Below are positions 48,899-58,651 of a DNA stretch of 64,000 bases, in pieces. The notes beneath the pieces are model-generated. The model was not told the origin of the DNA, did not search any database, and saw only the letters and a program-made list of their open reading frames with translations. The DNA is taken from positions 219,964 through 283,963 of the forward strand of contig JADGBR010000001.1 in NCBI GenBank assembly GCA_015231405.1. Reading direction: 5' to 3'. The position numbers were made by a program, and so were the translations under genes. The first letter of the stretch is position 1, and each line of letters opens with the position of its first letter. The stretch is from Candidatus Omnitrophota bacterium (lineage in GTDB: Bacteria > Omnitrophota > Gorgyraeia > Tantalellales > Tantalellaceae).

Positions 48899-50032
48899 AT
48901 GAAGAAATACAGACTATTATCGCCGGGTCCGACCCCGGTCCCGGAGAAGGTCCTTCTCAAGATGTCAGAGGTAATGATACATCACAGGACCAATGAGTTC
49001 CAGAAAGTCCTTAGGGAAGTACACTCCAAACTGAAGAAAGTATTTTGCACGGAGAATCCAGTCGTCATAATGGCATCCTCGGGTACGGGGGCCATGGAGG
49101 CCTCTATCGTTAATTTTTTGTCAAAAGCCGACAAGGCCCTTATTATAAGGGGCGGTAAATTCGGCGAGAGGTTCGGCGAGATATGCGAAAAATACGGCGT
49201 AGCGACCGTGAATTACGATGTCGTCTCGGGAGAATGCGCGGATCCTCTAGCCGTAGCGGACTATTTGAAAAGGGACCCTTCCATTAAGGCGGTTTTCAGC
49301 ACATTGTGCGAAACATCTACCGGCGTCGTAAACGACATAAAGGCCATAGGGAAAGCGGTCAGGGATACAAAGGCCATTCTTGTTGTTGACGCAATAAGCG
49401 GATTGGCCGCAGATGAGCTATTACAGGATGAGTGGGGAGTCGATCTGGTGGTGGCGGGTTCCCAGAAAGGGCTTATGCTGCCTCCGGGCCTTTCTTTTCT
49501 TTCTGTCAGCAAGAAGGCCGAGAGCCTTATGAAAGCCTCAGACCTTCCCAAATATTATTTTGACATTACTAAGGCGCTTAAAGCTCACGGGAAGGATGAC
49601 ACGCCATGGACGCCGGCGGTATCTCTTATAAAAGGACTTGATCTGGTGCTGGACACGATCCTGTCTGAGGGGATGCATGCTTTGATAGCGAGGCATGCGA
49701 GGCTTGCGAACATAACGCGCGAGGCGATGAAATCGCTTGGCCTTGAGATCTTCTCAAAGAGGCCCTCGAACGCCGTGACCGCCGTAAAGGTCCCTCAGAA
49801 CGTTGACGGGACCAAGCTTGTCAATAAAATGCAGGACGAGCAAGCGCTTACTATCGCAGGGGGTCAGGAAGAGCTGAAAGGTAAGATATTCCGTGTCGCA
49901 CATCTCGGTTATATGGACGATTACGATATTATCAGCGCTGTAGCGGGGCTTGAGATAGTTCTCAAAGAACTTGGCTATAATCTGACTCTTGGCAAGGGAG
50001 TAGGCAGAGCCCAGGAACTTCTGTCGAAATGA
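48899..50032 (+). CDS. Class V PLP aminotransferase (alanine-glyoxylate/serine-pyruvate type; possible phosphoserine aminotransferase)
   Basis: PGPTPVP, SSGTGAMEA, ETSTGV, VDAIS, GSQKGLMLPPG, RVAHLG; adjacent to serA. Confidence 0.9.
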   Translation: MKKYRLLSPGPTPVPEKVLLKMSEVMIHHRTNEFQKVLREVHSKLKKVFCTENPVVIMASSGTGAMEASIVNFLSKADKALIIRGGKFGERFGEICEKYGVATVNYDVVSGECADPLAVADYLKRDPSIKAVFSTLCETSTGVVNDIKAIGKAVRDTKAILVVDAISGLAADELLQDEWGVDLVVAGSQKGLMLPPGLSFLSVSKKAESLMKASDLPKYYFDITKALKAHGKDDTPWTPAVSLIKGLDLVLDTILSEGMHALIARHARLANITREAMKSLGLEIFSKRPSNAVTAVKVPQNVDGTKLVNKMQDEQALTIAGGQEELKGKIFRVAHLGYMDDYDIISAVAGLEIVLKELGYNLTLGKGVGRAQELLSK

Positions 50033-50091
50033 TAGTGTTCCGCTATCTGATCAATGTAGCAGGAACGAGTGGTAGAACATAGGAGATAAAT

Positions 50092-51687
50092 ATGCCGACA
50101 TTTAAGATCCTTATAAGCGATCCTTTATCCAAGGAAGGGGTTGATATCCTCAGAAAGAACAAGGATTTTTACGTGGAAGAGGTCGAAAAGCTGAAAGAAG
50201 ATCAGCTGGTCGCGAAGATAAAGGATTTTGACGCGCTTATCGTTCGAAGCGGCACGGTCGCCACAAAAAAGATCATCGATGCCGGAGTTAACCTGAAAGT
50301 GATAGGAAGGGCCGGAGTCGGGTTGGACAATGTCGACCTTGAGGCAGCTTCAAAAAAAGGCATAGTAGTGATGAACACCCCGACAGGCAACACCATTTCG
50401 ACCGCGGAACACGCGTTCACGCTCATGATGTCCCTTGCCAGGAGCATCCCGCTGGCCGATAAGAGCGTGAAGGATGGCAAGTGGGACAGGAAAAAATTCA
50501 TGGGAGTAGAACTTTACGGCAAGGTGCTCGGCATAGTCGGCTTGGGCCGCATAGGTTCAGAGTTCGCCAAACGCGCGCAGAGTTTCGGCATGAAGGTCAT
50601 GGCGTATGATCCTTTTCTGACACAGGAAAAAGCGAAAAGCCTTAATGTCGAACCCGTCGATCTCCCGACCCTTTACGAGAATGCGGATTTTATCACTATT
50701 CATACCCCGCTCACAGAAGAGACTAAACATCTCATAGGCGAAGAAGCTTTTAAACGCATGAAAAAGGGCGTACGCATTATAAACGCGGCCAGGGGTGGGA
50801 TAATCGACGAAGCGGCCCTCGCAAAATATATAGCCTCAGGGAAGGTTGCAGGAGCGGCGCTTGATGTTTATGAGTCAAAGGCGACGCCGCCCGTGGATAG
50901 CCCGGTTTATGGGATGGAATCGGTCATTACAACTCCGCATCTCGGAGCTTCGACCGAGGAAGCGCAGCTTAATGTGTCCATAGACATCGCAGAATGCGTT
51001 CAGGATGCCCTTCTGGGAAAAGGGTACAGGAACGCCGCTAATATGCCGTTCATCCCCGAAGAAAGCCTCGCCCTAATGAAACCTTATATACTGCTTGCGG
51101 AGAGGATGGGGTCTTTCCAGACCCAGCTTATCGAAGAGCCGATAAAGGAAGTTAAGGTCAAATATGCCGGGGATATATCGAATCTCGACGTAAGCGTTAT
51201 AACAAGAGCACTTATGAAAGGGATCTTCGAGCCGATACTCGTCGAACATGTGAATTACATAAATTCCGTGTTCATCGCGAAAGAAAGGGGCATCAGCGTA
51301 ACAGAAAAGAAAACGACGGAAGTTATGGATTTCGCTAACCTTATTTGCGTCGAGTTCGTTACAGAGAAAAAGGAATATCTGATAATGGGCACACTGTTCG
51401 GGAATAAAGAGCCACGGATAGTCATGATAGACGAGTTTTACGTAGAGGCGATACCCGGAGGTGTTATTCTGGTCATATCGAATAACGACATCCCCGGTAT
51501 AGTCGGCAAGATCGGGACGATAATAGGGAAAGCGGAAGTCAATATAGCCGGGATCAATCTGGGACGTAATAAGAAGAAAAAACTCGCCATAAGCCTGCTT
51601 AACCTCGACAGCGAACTCCCGAAAGAGGTCATAAAAAAGCTTTCCGCTATCGAAGGGGTTACGAGCGTAAAACAGGTGAAAATATAA
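50092..51687 (+). CDS. serA: D-3-phosphoglycerate dehydrogenase (ASB+ACT type)
   Basis: RAGVGLDN, GLGRIG, NAARGG, TPHLGASTEEAQ, C-terminal ACT. Confidence 0.96.
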   Translation: MPTFKILISDPLSKEGVDILRKNKDFYVEEVEKLKEDQLVAKIKDFDALIVRSGTVATKKIIDAGVNLKVIGRAGVGLDNVDLEAASKKGIVVMNTPTGNTISTAEHAFTLMMSLARSIPLADKSVKDGKWDRKKFMGVELYGKVLGIVGLGRIGSEFAKRAQSFGMKVMAYDPFLTQEKAKSLNVEPVDLPTLYENADFITIHTPLTEETKHLIGEEAFKRMKKGVRIINAARGGIIDEAALAKYIASGKVAGAALDVYESKATPPVDSPVYGMESVITTPHLGASTEEAQLNVSIDIAECVQDALLGKGYRNAANMPFIPEESLALMKPYILLAERMGSFQTQLIEEPIKEVKVKYAGDISNLDVSVITRALMKGIFEPILVEHVNYINSVFIAKERGISVTEKKTTEVMDFANLICVEFVTEKKEYLIMGTLFGNKEPRIVMIDEFYVEAIPGGVILVISNNDIPGIVGKIGTIIGKAEVNIAGINLGRNKKKKLAISLLNLDSELPKEVIKKLSAIEGVTSVKQVKI

Positions 51688-51698
51688 AAGGAGAGGTC

Positions 51699-52490
51699 AT
51701 GAAGAATTATCTGTGTCTCTTAGGTGTTCTGATCAGCTATTCGCTGTTACCAGACGTCTCGGTTTACGCGGCCATGGAGAAGTTCTCTGACTATGATGAT
51801 CTCCGGACACCGGAAGATAGCGGGAAGGAGTCCCCTCTGGAAAATGACGAGTATTCCGCCAAACTTCTCAGAGACCTTGACAAAGAGCTTGGGATGAAAG
51901 TTGAACAGCCTATCCCTGGGGGGAAAGAATATACTTCCACCCCTTCCCCTCTGGAAGGGAACATGGAAGGCCAGGACTCACCCGAAGAGCCGAAGATGAC
52001 TCAGGAGGAATTCGAGAATTCAATACCTTTTTCAAAAGAGGAAATGATAGAGATCATTCATAGGAGGCTTAAGATCTACTCGGAGATCGCTTTCCTCATC
52101 GATAATTTCGGCCAGATGGAAGGGAAGAACGGCGAAATGGATTATGTCTGCAAGCTGCCCGACGGTAAAGTAATCCCACTTATCGAATGTGACAAGTTGA
52201 CCCTTTTAAGGCTGGTCAACCGCATTAATAATGAAGCGGCGCGCATAAAATCCGAAAGGCTGATGAGACAGATACAGCAACAGACGCAGCTCATACAGAA
52301 CATACAGCAACAGCAGCAGATGCAACAGCAGATCCAACAGAGCCAGGCACAGGTCCAAAAAAATTATTCGGCGCCGCAGGTTCCGGTAGTGTATCAGCCG
52401 CCCCAGGTTTACCAGCCACCCCAGCCTCCGCAGCAGCCGCCAAAGGTATATCAGCCGCCAACGCCGCCGCCTCAGCCGCCCAGGAGATAA
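51699..52490 (+). CDS. Hypothetical exported protein with Gln/Pro-rich C-terminus
   Basis: AAGGAGAG RBS, signal-peptide-like N-terminus (..VSVYA|A), acidic linker, helical core, poly-Q and VYQPP repeats. Confidence 0.75.
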   Translation: MKNYLCLLGVLISYSLLPDVSVYAAMEKFSDYDDLRTPEDSGKESPLENDEYSAKLLRDLDKELGMKVEQPIPGGKEYTSTPSPLEGNMEGQDSPEEPKMTQEEFENSIPFSKEEMIEIIHRRLKIYSEIAFLIDNFGQMEGKNGEMDYVCKLPDGKVIPLIECDKLTLLRLVNRINNEAARIKSERLMRQIQQQTQLIQNIQQQQQMQQQIQQSQAQVQKNYSAPQVPVVYQPPQVYQPPQPPQQPPKVYQPPTPPPQPPRR

Positions 52491-52510
52491 TCTATATAAG
52501 GAGAACGTTA

Positions 52511-53806
52511 ATGGCAAAGAAAATAAGAACAACTATTTTAGTCGGAGCTCAGTGGGGCGACGAGGGAAAAGGTAAGGTCATCGATATCCTCACGGAGGAT
52601 GTGGACTTTGTAGTAAGATATCAGGGCGGTAATAATGCCGGTCATACTGTGGTCATCGGAGACGATAAATATGTTTTGCATCTTATCCCTTCCGGAATAC
52701 TTCACGAAGGTAAACAGTGTGTTATCGGCAACGGCGTTGTCGTAGATCCTTTGGCTCTTCTGGAGGAAATATCGTTCCTTAAGGAGAAGGGTATAGATGC
52801 CGGTAAAAGGCTTAAGGTAAGCGACAGAGCGCACGTGATATTCCCGTATCACAGGAAACTTGATGAATTGAGAGAAGTCAGGAAAAAGGGAAGGATAGGG
52901 ACGACAAAACGCGGCATAGGTCCATGTTACGCCGATAAGGTCTCCAGGGTAGGTATCAGGATGGCCGATCTTTTTGACGAAGCTTATTTTAGGGAAAGGC
53001 TCAAACTCAACATAGATGAGAAGAATGCTATATTGAAAAATCTATACGGGGTGCCGGGTTTTTCAGTAGAAGTCATTTTTGACGAATACAGGCGTTACGC
53101 CGCCAGCCTGAAAAATTTCGTGTGCGATACCAATGAGCTTATAAATAAAGCACTCAGTGATGGCCGTTCCATTCTCTTCGAAGGGGCGCAGGGCACATTT
53201 CTCGACGTCGATTACGGCACTTATCCGTACGTTACCTCTTCGAATTCCACGGCAGGAGGCGCTTGCACCGGGGCCGGTATAGGCCCCTCCAGGATCGATA
53301 GGGTGCTGGGTGTCGTAAAGGCTTACACTACCAGGGTAGGAGAGGGGCCTTTCCCGACCGAATTTAATGAGAGCATGATGGACAAGATAAGGAAAAAAGG
53401 CAACGAGTTCGGATCGACTACCGGTAGAGCCAGGAGGTGCGGTTGGTTCGACGCAGTACTTGTCCGTAATTCGGTCATCATAAACGGGATCGACAGCGTG
53501 ATAATCACAAAGCTTGACGTTCTTGACGACGAGAAAAAAATAAAAATATGCATCGGCTATAGGTATAAAGGGAAAAAATATGTCACGTTCCCCGCGATCC
53601 CGGGTTTTCTGGAGAATTGCGTACCGCTTTACGAGGAACATCCCGGATGGATGGAACAAACCTCCGACGTCACTTCCTATGGCGATCTGCCTCTGGCCGC
53701 CAGGAAATATATACAAAGAATAGGGGAGCTTGCCGGGTGCGGGGTAATGCTTGTATCTGTCGGGAAAAGCCGGGACCAGACGATGGCCTGCGGGAAAAAA
53801 GTGTAA
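52511..53806 (+). CDS. purA: Adenylosuccinate synthetase
   Basis: QWGDEGKGK, GGNNAGHT, GIGPCY.DK, EGAQG, GTYPYVTSS, RRCGWFD. Confidence 0.98.
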   Translation: MAKKIRTTILVGAQWGDEGKGKVIDILTEDVDFVVRYQGGNNAGHTVVIGDDKYVLHLIPSGILHEGKQCVIGNGVVVDPLALLEEISFLKEKGIDAGKRLKVSDRAHVIFPYHRKLDELREVRKKGRIGTTKRGIGPCYADKVSRVGIRMADLFDEAYFRERLKLNIDEKNAILKNLYGVPGFSVEVIFDEYRRYAASLKNFVCDTNELINKALSDGRSILFEGAQGTFLDVDYGTYPYVTSSNSTAGGACTGAGIGPSRIDRVLGVVKAYTTRVGEGPFPTEFNESMMDKIRKKGNEFGSTTGRARRCGWFDAVLVRNSVIINGIDSVIITKLDVLDDEKKIKICIGYRYKGKKYVTFPAIPGFLENCVPLYEEHPGWMEQTSDVTSYGDLPLAARKYIQRIGELAGCGVMLVSVGKSRDQTMACGKKV

Positions 53807-53808
53807 AT

Positions 53809-54504
53809 ATGCTCATTCCTCAACATGTCGGCATTATTATGGACGGCAACGGCCGCTGGGCAAAAAAGAGGAACCTCCCTAAGATCATGGGTCACCGCGC
53901 CGGAGGGGATACCGTGGACCGCGTGGTCGAGGCTTCTGCGAAAAAAGGTATAAAAGCCCTTACACTGTACAGCTTTTCCACCGAGAATTGGAAAAGACCT
54001 CAGAATGAAGTTAACGCCATCATGGAACTTTTCAAGGAACTGATAATCACGAAAATAGGGAAACTTTGTTCCAATAACATAAGGGCCAGGGTCATAGGAA
54101 GGAAAGACGGGCTGTCCCACGAGCTCATTCAGATGATAAAAGAACTCGAGGAAAAGACTTCCACCAATACAGGCATGATACTCGCTCTCGCTTTAAATTA
54201 CGGCGGACGTCAGGAGATCGTTGATGCCGCCAAAAGCCTTTTCGCTCAACTTGCGGGAAATAACAGGCGCCATGACGATTTTGACGTAGAGGATCTGGAT
54301 GCCCACATGTACACGAAAGATTTTCCTCCCCTGGATCTCGTTATACGGACAAGCGGGGAGATGAGGCTGAGCAATTTCCTTATATGGCAGGCAGCATACG
54401 CCGAGATATACGTGACTGATGTTCTGTGGCCTGATTTCAACGAACATGAGCTTGACATGGCTTTGGAGTCTTTTTCTTCGCGGGAAAGGAGGTTCGGTGG
54501 ATAA
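53809..54504 (+). CDS. uppS: Undecaprenyl diphosphate synthase
   Basis: HVGIIMDGNGRWA, FSTENW.RP, NYGGRQEI, RTSGEMRLSNFL, RRFGG. Confidence 0.97.
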   Translation: MLIPQHVGIIMDGNGRWAKKRNLPKIMGHRAGGDTVDRVVEASAKKGIKALTLYSFSTENWKRPQNEVNAIMELFKELIITKIGKLCSNNIRARVIGRKDGLSHELIQMIKELEEKTSTNTGMILALALNYGGRQEIVDAAKSLFAQLAGNNRRHDDFDVEDLDAHMYTKDFPPLDLVIRTSGEMRLSNFLIWQAAYAEIYVTDVLWPDFNEHELDMALESFSSRERRFGG

Positions 54505-55309
54505 ATTGCTGAGAAGGACCCTGGTGAGCATTCTTTTGGTGTCTTTCATCTGCTGTGTCATCTACGTTTTTCCCGTATGGCTGTTTGTATGTGTCGTCGC
54601 AGGTTTTATCGGGATAGCCCAGTTCGAGTTCTTCAAGATGGCAGGCAACAGGGGAATATTCGTTTATAAATATTTTGCTGTCATAGTGGGCTCCATGGTC
54701 CCGGTCGTTATTTTTGCCGGGCACAATGTCGCGGGTCTTAAGAACCTTGAGCCGCTCCTTATAACTTGCGCGAGTTTGTTCGTTTTTGTCCTGCATTTCA
54801 TATCGAACGACAATGACAGGGATCACCTGGTTTCGATATGCGTTACCCTTTTTTCGTTATTGTATATAAGCTGGTTCTTCTCTTTTTTCGTAAAGCTACG
54901 ACTGCTCGGTAACGGCGCCAACTTCGTAGCGTATATCGTCATGGTGACAAAAGGAGCCGATATCGGGGCTTATCTGGGCGGGACCAGGTTCGGGAAGAAT
55001 GAGCTGATCCCCAAGATCAGCCCTAATAAGACCATGGAAGGTACTTTTTCGGGAATACTTACCGGCCTTATACTCTCAGTGACCTTCGGTAAAGCGCTGA
55101 CCGGTTTTTCTTTTTGGCATGCCGCGATACTGGGTTTTACTCTTAGCATTGTCGGCCAGTTGGGTGACCTTGCGGAAAGTCTTATTAAACGTGATTGCCG
55201 CGTTAAGGACTCGGGACCGTATCTGGCTGATATCGGCGGGATCTTAGACCTTATCGACAGCCTGCTATTCACGGTGCCTATTTTCTACTACTACACATTG
55301 GCGTTCTAG
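54497..55309 (+). CDS. cdsA: Phosphatidate cytidylyltransferase
   Basis: Hydrophobic; DIGAY..G, ISPNKT.EG, GDLAES..KR...VKDSG...GGILD; GTG start after AGGAGG. Confidence 0.94.
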   Translation: MDKLLRRTLVSILLVSFICCVIYVFPVWLFVCVVAGFIGIAQFEFFKMAGNRGIFVYKYFAVIVGSMVPVVIFAGHNVAGLKNLEPLLITCASLFVFVLHFISNDNDRDHLVSICVTLFSLLYISWFFSFFVKLRLLGNGANFVAYIVMVTKGADIGAYLGGTRFGKNELIPKISPNKTMEGTFSGILTGLILSVTFGKALTGFSFWHAAILGFTLSIVGQLGDLAESLIKRDCRVKDSGPYLADIGGILDLIDSLLFTVPIFYYYTLAF

Positions 55310-55313
55310 AAAT

Positions 55314-56456
55314 ATGAAAAAAGTTGTTTTGTTGGGATCAACCGGTTCGGTGGGAAGGAGTCTCCTTGACATAATAAGGAGATATCCACGCGAATTCGAA
55401 CTTACCGGGATGTCCGCTAATTCCAGCGACAGCCTTTTTATCGAGCAGATAAACGAGTTCAGGCCCGGACGGGCTTCCATCTCAAGCGATAAGCTCGCCG
55501 CCGGCATCCAGTCGAAAGTATCTTCCCGCACGAAAATATATTCCGGGCCTGGCGCCGCTTCGGAAATAGCCTCTAAAAGTGACGCCGATATAGTTTTTAT
55601 AGCGATATCCGGAACGTCGGCGTTGATGCCGCTGGTTGCCGCGATCAAAGCCGGCAAGAAAATAGCTCTTGCGAGCAAGGAGCCTATAGTTTCGGCCGGA
55701 AAGCTCATAATGGAGATGGCCCAGCGCCACGGGGCCCAGATCATACCGGTGGATTCGGAGCACAGCGCTATACAGCATTGTCTTGAGGGCTGCGATATAC
55801 GGGATGTCGAGAAGCTCTACATAACCGGTAGCGGCGGGCCTTTGTGGGTCAAAGAAGGGTGCGATATGAGCGACCTTACCACCGAAAGGGTCCTCAAACA
55901 TCCGAAATGGAGCATGGGCAGGAAAATAACGGTCGATTCGGCCACGTTCATGAACAAAGGGCTTGAGATGATAGAAGCCAGATGGCTGTTCGGGGTTGAA
56001 TTTGAAAAAATTGACGTTGTTATACATCCTGAGGCTATAGTTCATTCGCTTGTGGAGTTCGTCGACGGCACCATTAAAGCTAGCCTGTTCAACCCGGACA
56101 TGAGATTTCCTCTCCTCCGGGCACTGGCACACCCCGGGAAATTATCATCGGATCTCCAAAGGGTGGACCTCATCAAACTAAAAAAAATGAGCTTCTACAA
56201 GCCGGATAAGAACTGCGAAAAGGCCATTGAGATCTCCAGAGAGGCACTCGGTCAGGGTGGGACGATGCCCGCGGTCATGAACGGGGCCAATGAGTCGGCG
56301 GTCCATTTTTTTCTCGAGGAAAAGATAAGATTTAACGATATTATGGATATCGTGTGTAAGGTCATGCAGAAACACTGTCCGGTACGTGAACCGGGGATCG
56401 ATGAGATAATCCTAGCCGAAAAATGGGCCGGGGAGGAGGTAAGATCGTTTTGTTGA
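55314..56456 (+). CDS. dxr: 1-deoxy-D-xylulose 5-phosphate reductoisomerase
   Basis: LGSTGSVG, PVDSEH, SGGP, HP.WSMG.KIT.DSAT.MNKGLE.IEA, PDMR, ANE. Confidence 0.96.
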   Translation: MKKVVLLGSTGSVGRSLLDIIRRYPREFELTGMSANSSDSLFIEQINEFRPGRASISSDKLAAGIQSKVSSRTKIYSGPGAASEIASKSDADIVFIAISGTSALMPLVAAIKAGKKIALASKEPIVSAGKLIMEMAQRHGAQIIPVDSEHSAIQHCLEGCDIRDVEKLYITGSGGPLWVKEGCDMSDLTTERVLKHPKWSMGRKITVDSATFMNKGLEMIEARWLFGVEFEKIDVVIHPEAIVHSLVEFVDGTIKASLFNPDMRFPLLRALAHPGKLSSDLQRVDLIKLKKMSFYKPDKNCEKAIEISREALGQGGTMPAVMNGANESAVHFFLEEKIRFNDIMDIVCKVMQKHCPVREPGIDEIILAEKWAGEEVRSFC

Positions 56457-57562
56457 GCATATTGATCGTAATATTAGTCTTTGGCGTGATAATACTGGTT
56501 CATGAAACCGGGCATCTTTTCGCGGCGAAAAAGGCCGGGATAAAGGTCGAGGTGTTTTCACTGGGTATGGGTAAAAAGCTCATCGGCATGCAGATCGGCG
56601 AAACAGAATACAGACTGTCGCTCGTGCCTTTTGGGGGATATTGCAAAATGGCCGGAGAGGATCCGGAAGACAGAAAAGGCAATGAGAACGAGTTTGGATC
56701 TAAACCCGTCGGCCACAGGTTCTGGGTGATCATTGCCGGGTCATTGATGAATTATATTTTCGCTTTTCTCCTGTTTTGGGTGATATTCATGGCGGGCGTC
56801 CCTACGATGTCAAATAAGATAGGGCAGGTCCTCGCCGATTATCCCGCGCAAAAAGCCGGCATCGCGATAGGGGACAGGGTGAATTCGATCAACGGCGCTA
56901 AGATAGAGTACTGGGAAGATTTACTGTCCGCAATACAAAAGTATTCCGAGGGGGGCAAGGACCTCGAACTTTCCGTGGAAAGGAACGGTGCTAACATGCA
57001 GTTCCGCGTAAAGCCGGATGTTCATGAAGTGAAGAACATATTCGGGCAGGTGATCACGCGACCTATGCTTGGTGTAGGTCCGGCTAGCGAGATAACAGCG
57101 GTAAGGTACGGGATAGTTAAATCCTCCTATTACGCCGGTAAGCATCTCTTCGAGCTGTCGGGAATGACCTACAAAATGATGTGGATGATACTTACCAGGG
57201 GAATGCCCGTTAAAGACACTATGTCAGGGCCGATAGGGATAGCTTTCTTCATAAAACAGGCGGCTTCGACAGGGATCATCCCGCTCCTGGTCGTAATGGC
57301 GCATATAAGCATGGCTTTAGCAATATTCAATATGCTCCCTTTTCCCGTTCTCGACGGAGGTCACGCGGTTCTATTATTAATAGAGAAGATCAGGGGCAGG
57401 GCGCTCAGCATGAAGATCCAGAGCGCTATGGCGAATGCCGCCGTTGTTCTTTTGATCGCGCTTGCTGTATTCATAAGTTTTCATGACATTATGAGATTTA
57501 CGCCTTTGGGGAAGGGTAAGGTCTTTCAGGAGGCGACGGGAAAGAACGTATCCGAACCATAG
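56450..57562 (+). CDS. rseP: RIP metalloprotease (M50, PDZ)
   Basis: HETGH, GGYCKM.GE, PDZ, SGPIGI, NMLPFPVLDGG; TTG start after GGAGGAGG. Confidence 0.93.
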   Translation: MLSILIVILVFGVIILVHETGHLFAAKKAGIKVEVFSLGMGKKLIGMQIGETEYRLSLVPFGGYCKMAGEDPEDRKGNENEFGSKPVGHRFWVIIAGSLMNYIFAFLLFWVIFMAGVPTMSNKIGQVLADYPAQKAGIAIGDRVNSINGAKIEYWEDLLSAIQKYSEGGKDLELSVERNGANMQFRVKPDVHEVKNIFGQVITRPMLGVGPASEITAVRYGIVKSSYYAGKHLFELSGMTYKMMWMILTRGMPVKDTMSGPIGIAFFIKQAASTGIIPLLVVMAHISMALAIFNMLPFPVLDGGHAVLLLIEKIRGRALSMKIQSAMANAAVVLLIALAVFISFHDIMRFTPLGKGKVFQEATGKNVSEP

Positions 57563-57571
57563 TCGGTATTT

Positions 57572-58651
57572 ATGATAAAAAGAAGAAAGACGAGAGTTGT
57601 TCGAGTCGGCAAAGTGAAAATAGGCGGCGATAATCCGGTGAGCGTCCAATCCATGACAAAGACAAGGACGCGGGATGTGGAAATTGTCCGTGACGAGATC
57701 CGGAGATTATCCGTGTCGGGATGCGAGATCGTTCGTGTGGCGGTAAAGAGCCCGGAAGACGCTCGCGCTATCCGCGAGATCAAAAATGAGATTTCATTGC
57801 CCGTCGTAGCCGATATCCATTTTGATCATATGCTGGCGCTCCTTGCCATCGATAATGGCGCCGACAAAATACGTGTAAATCCCGGGAATATCACAAGGTC
57901 CGATCATCTTAACGCAATAATAGACAGATCGAAGGAGAAAGGTATAGCCGTAAGGATAGGGCTCAATTCTGGATCGCTTCCCGCCCCGAGAACGGACAGG
58001 AAAAGTCCCGATGAAATAATGGTGGACGAAGCACTGAGATATATCGATATCTTTGAAAAAAAAGGGTTCGACGACCTTGTAGTCTCTCTTAAATCATCCG
58101 ATATAATCACCACGATCAAAGCTTACCGCGATATAGCGCCTAAAACGGATGTCCCTTTGCATCTGGGTATAACCGCGGCGGGAACGCCTTCAGACGGGAT
58201 AGTAAGGTCCAGCGTAGGGATAGGCTCACTTCTGGCCTCAGGGATAGGGGACACTATCCGGGTCTCTCTTACCGGTGATCCCGTCCTTGAGGTTGAGACC
58301 GGGAAGCGGATACTTCAGTCGCTGGGACTCAGGGAGTATGGCCATAAGATCATTTCATGCCCGACCTGCGGGAGATGCCAGGTCGACATGGTGGTGATAA
58401 CCGGTGAGATAGAAGCCAGGCTCAAGGGGGAAATATCAATTCCCGGATCGAAGAAATTGAATATCGCCGTCATGGGCTGCGAAGTGAACGGTCCCGGCGA
58501 AGCCAAAGATGCGGACATAGGGATCGCTTTCGGCAGCAATAAGGGAGCTATTTTCTCAAGGGGAAATATTGTCAAGACGGTGAACGTCGATGAGGCGGTC
58601 GAGGAGTTTCTTCGGTTGATCAGGGAGATGGCGGTTAAGGGAAAACAGTAA
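57572..58651 (+). CDS. ispG: HMBPP synthase
   Basis: VQSMT, VADIHF, RVNPGN, PLHLG, GIGDTIRVSL, SCPTCGR, MGCEVNGPGE. Confidence 0.97.
   Translation: MIKRRKTRVVRVGKVKIGGDNPVSVQSMTKTRTRDVEIVRDEIRRLSVSGCEIVRVAVKSPEDARAIREIKNEISLPVVADIHFDHMLALLAIDNGADKIRVNPGNITRSDHLNAIIDRSKEKGIAVRIGLNSGSLPAPRTDRKSPDEIMVDEALRYIDIFEKKGFDDLVVSLKSSDIITTIKAYRDIAPKTDVPLHLGITAAGTPSDGIVRSSVGIGSLLASGIGDTIRVSLTGDPVLEVETGKRILQSLGLREYGHKIISCPTCGRCQVDMVVITGEIEARLKGEISIPGSKKLNIAVMGCEVNGPGEAKDADIGIAFGSNKGAIFSRGNIVKTVNVDEAVEEFLRLIREMAVKGKQ

Noticed and set aside
50036-50079. Small hairpin TGTTCCGCTA...TAGCAGGAACG before serA
   Set aside because: Short and imperfect, with no U-tail, no 7-nt periodicity and no recognisable riboswitch.
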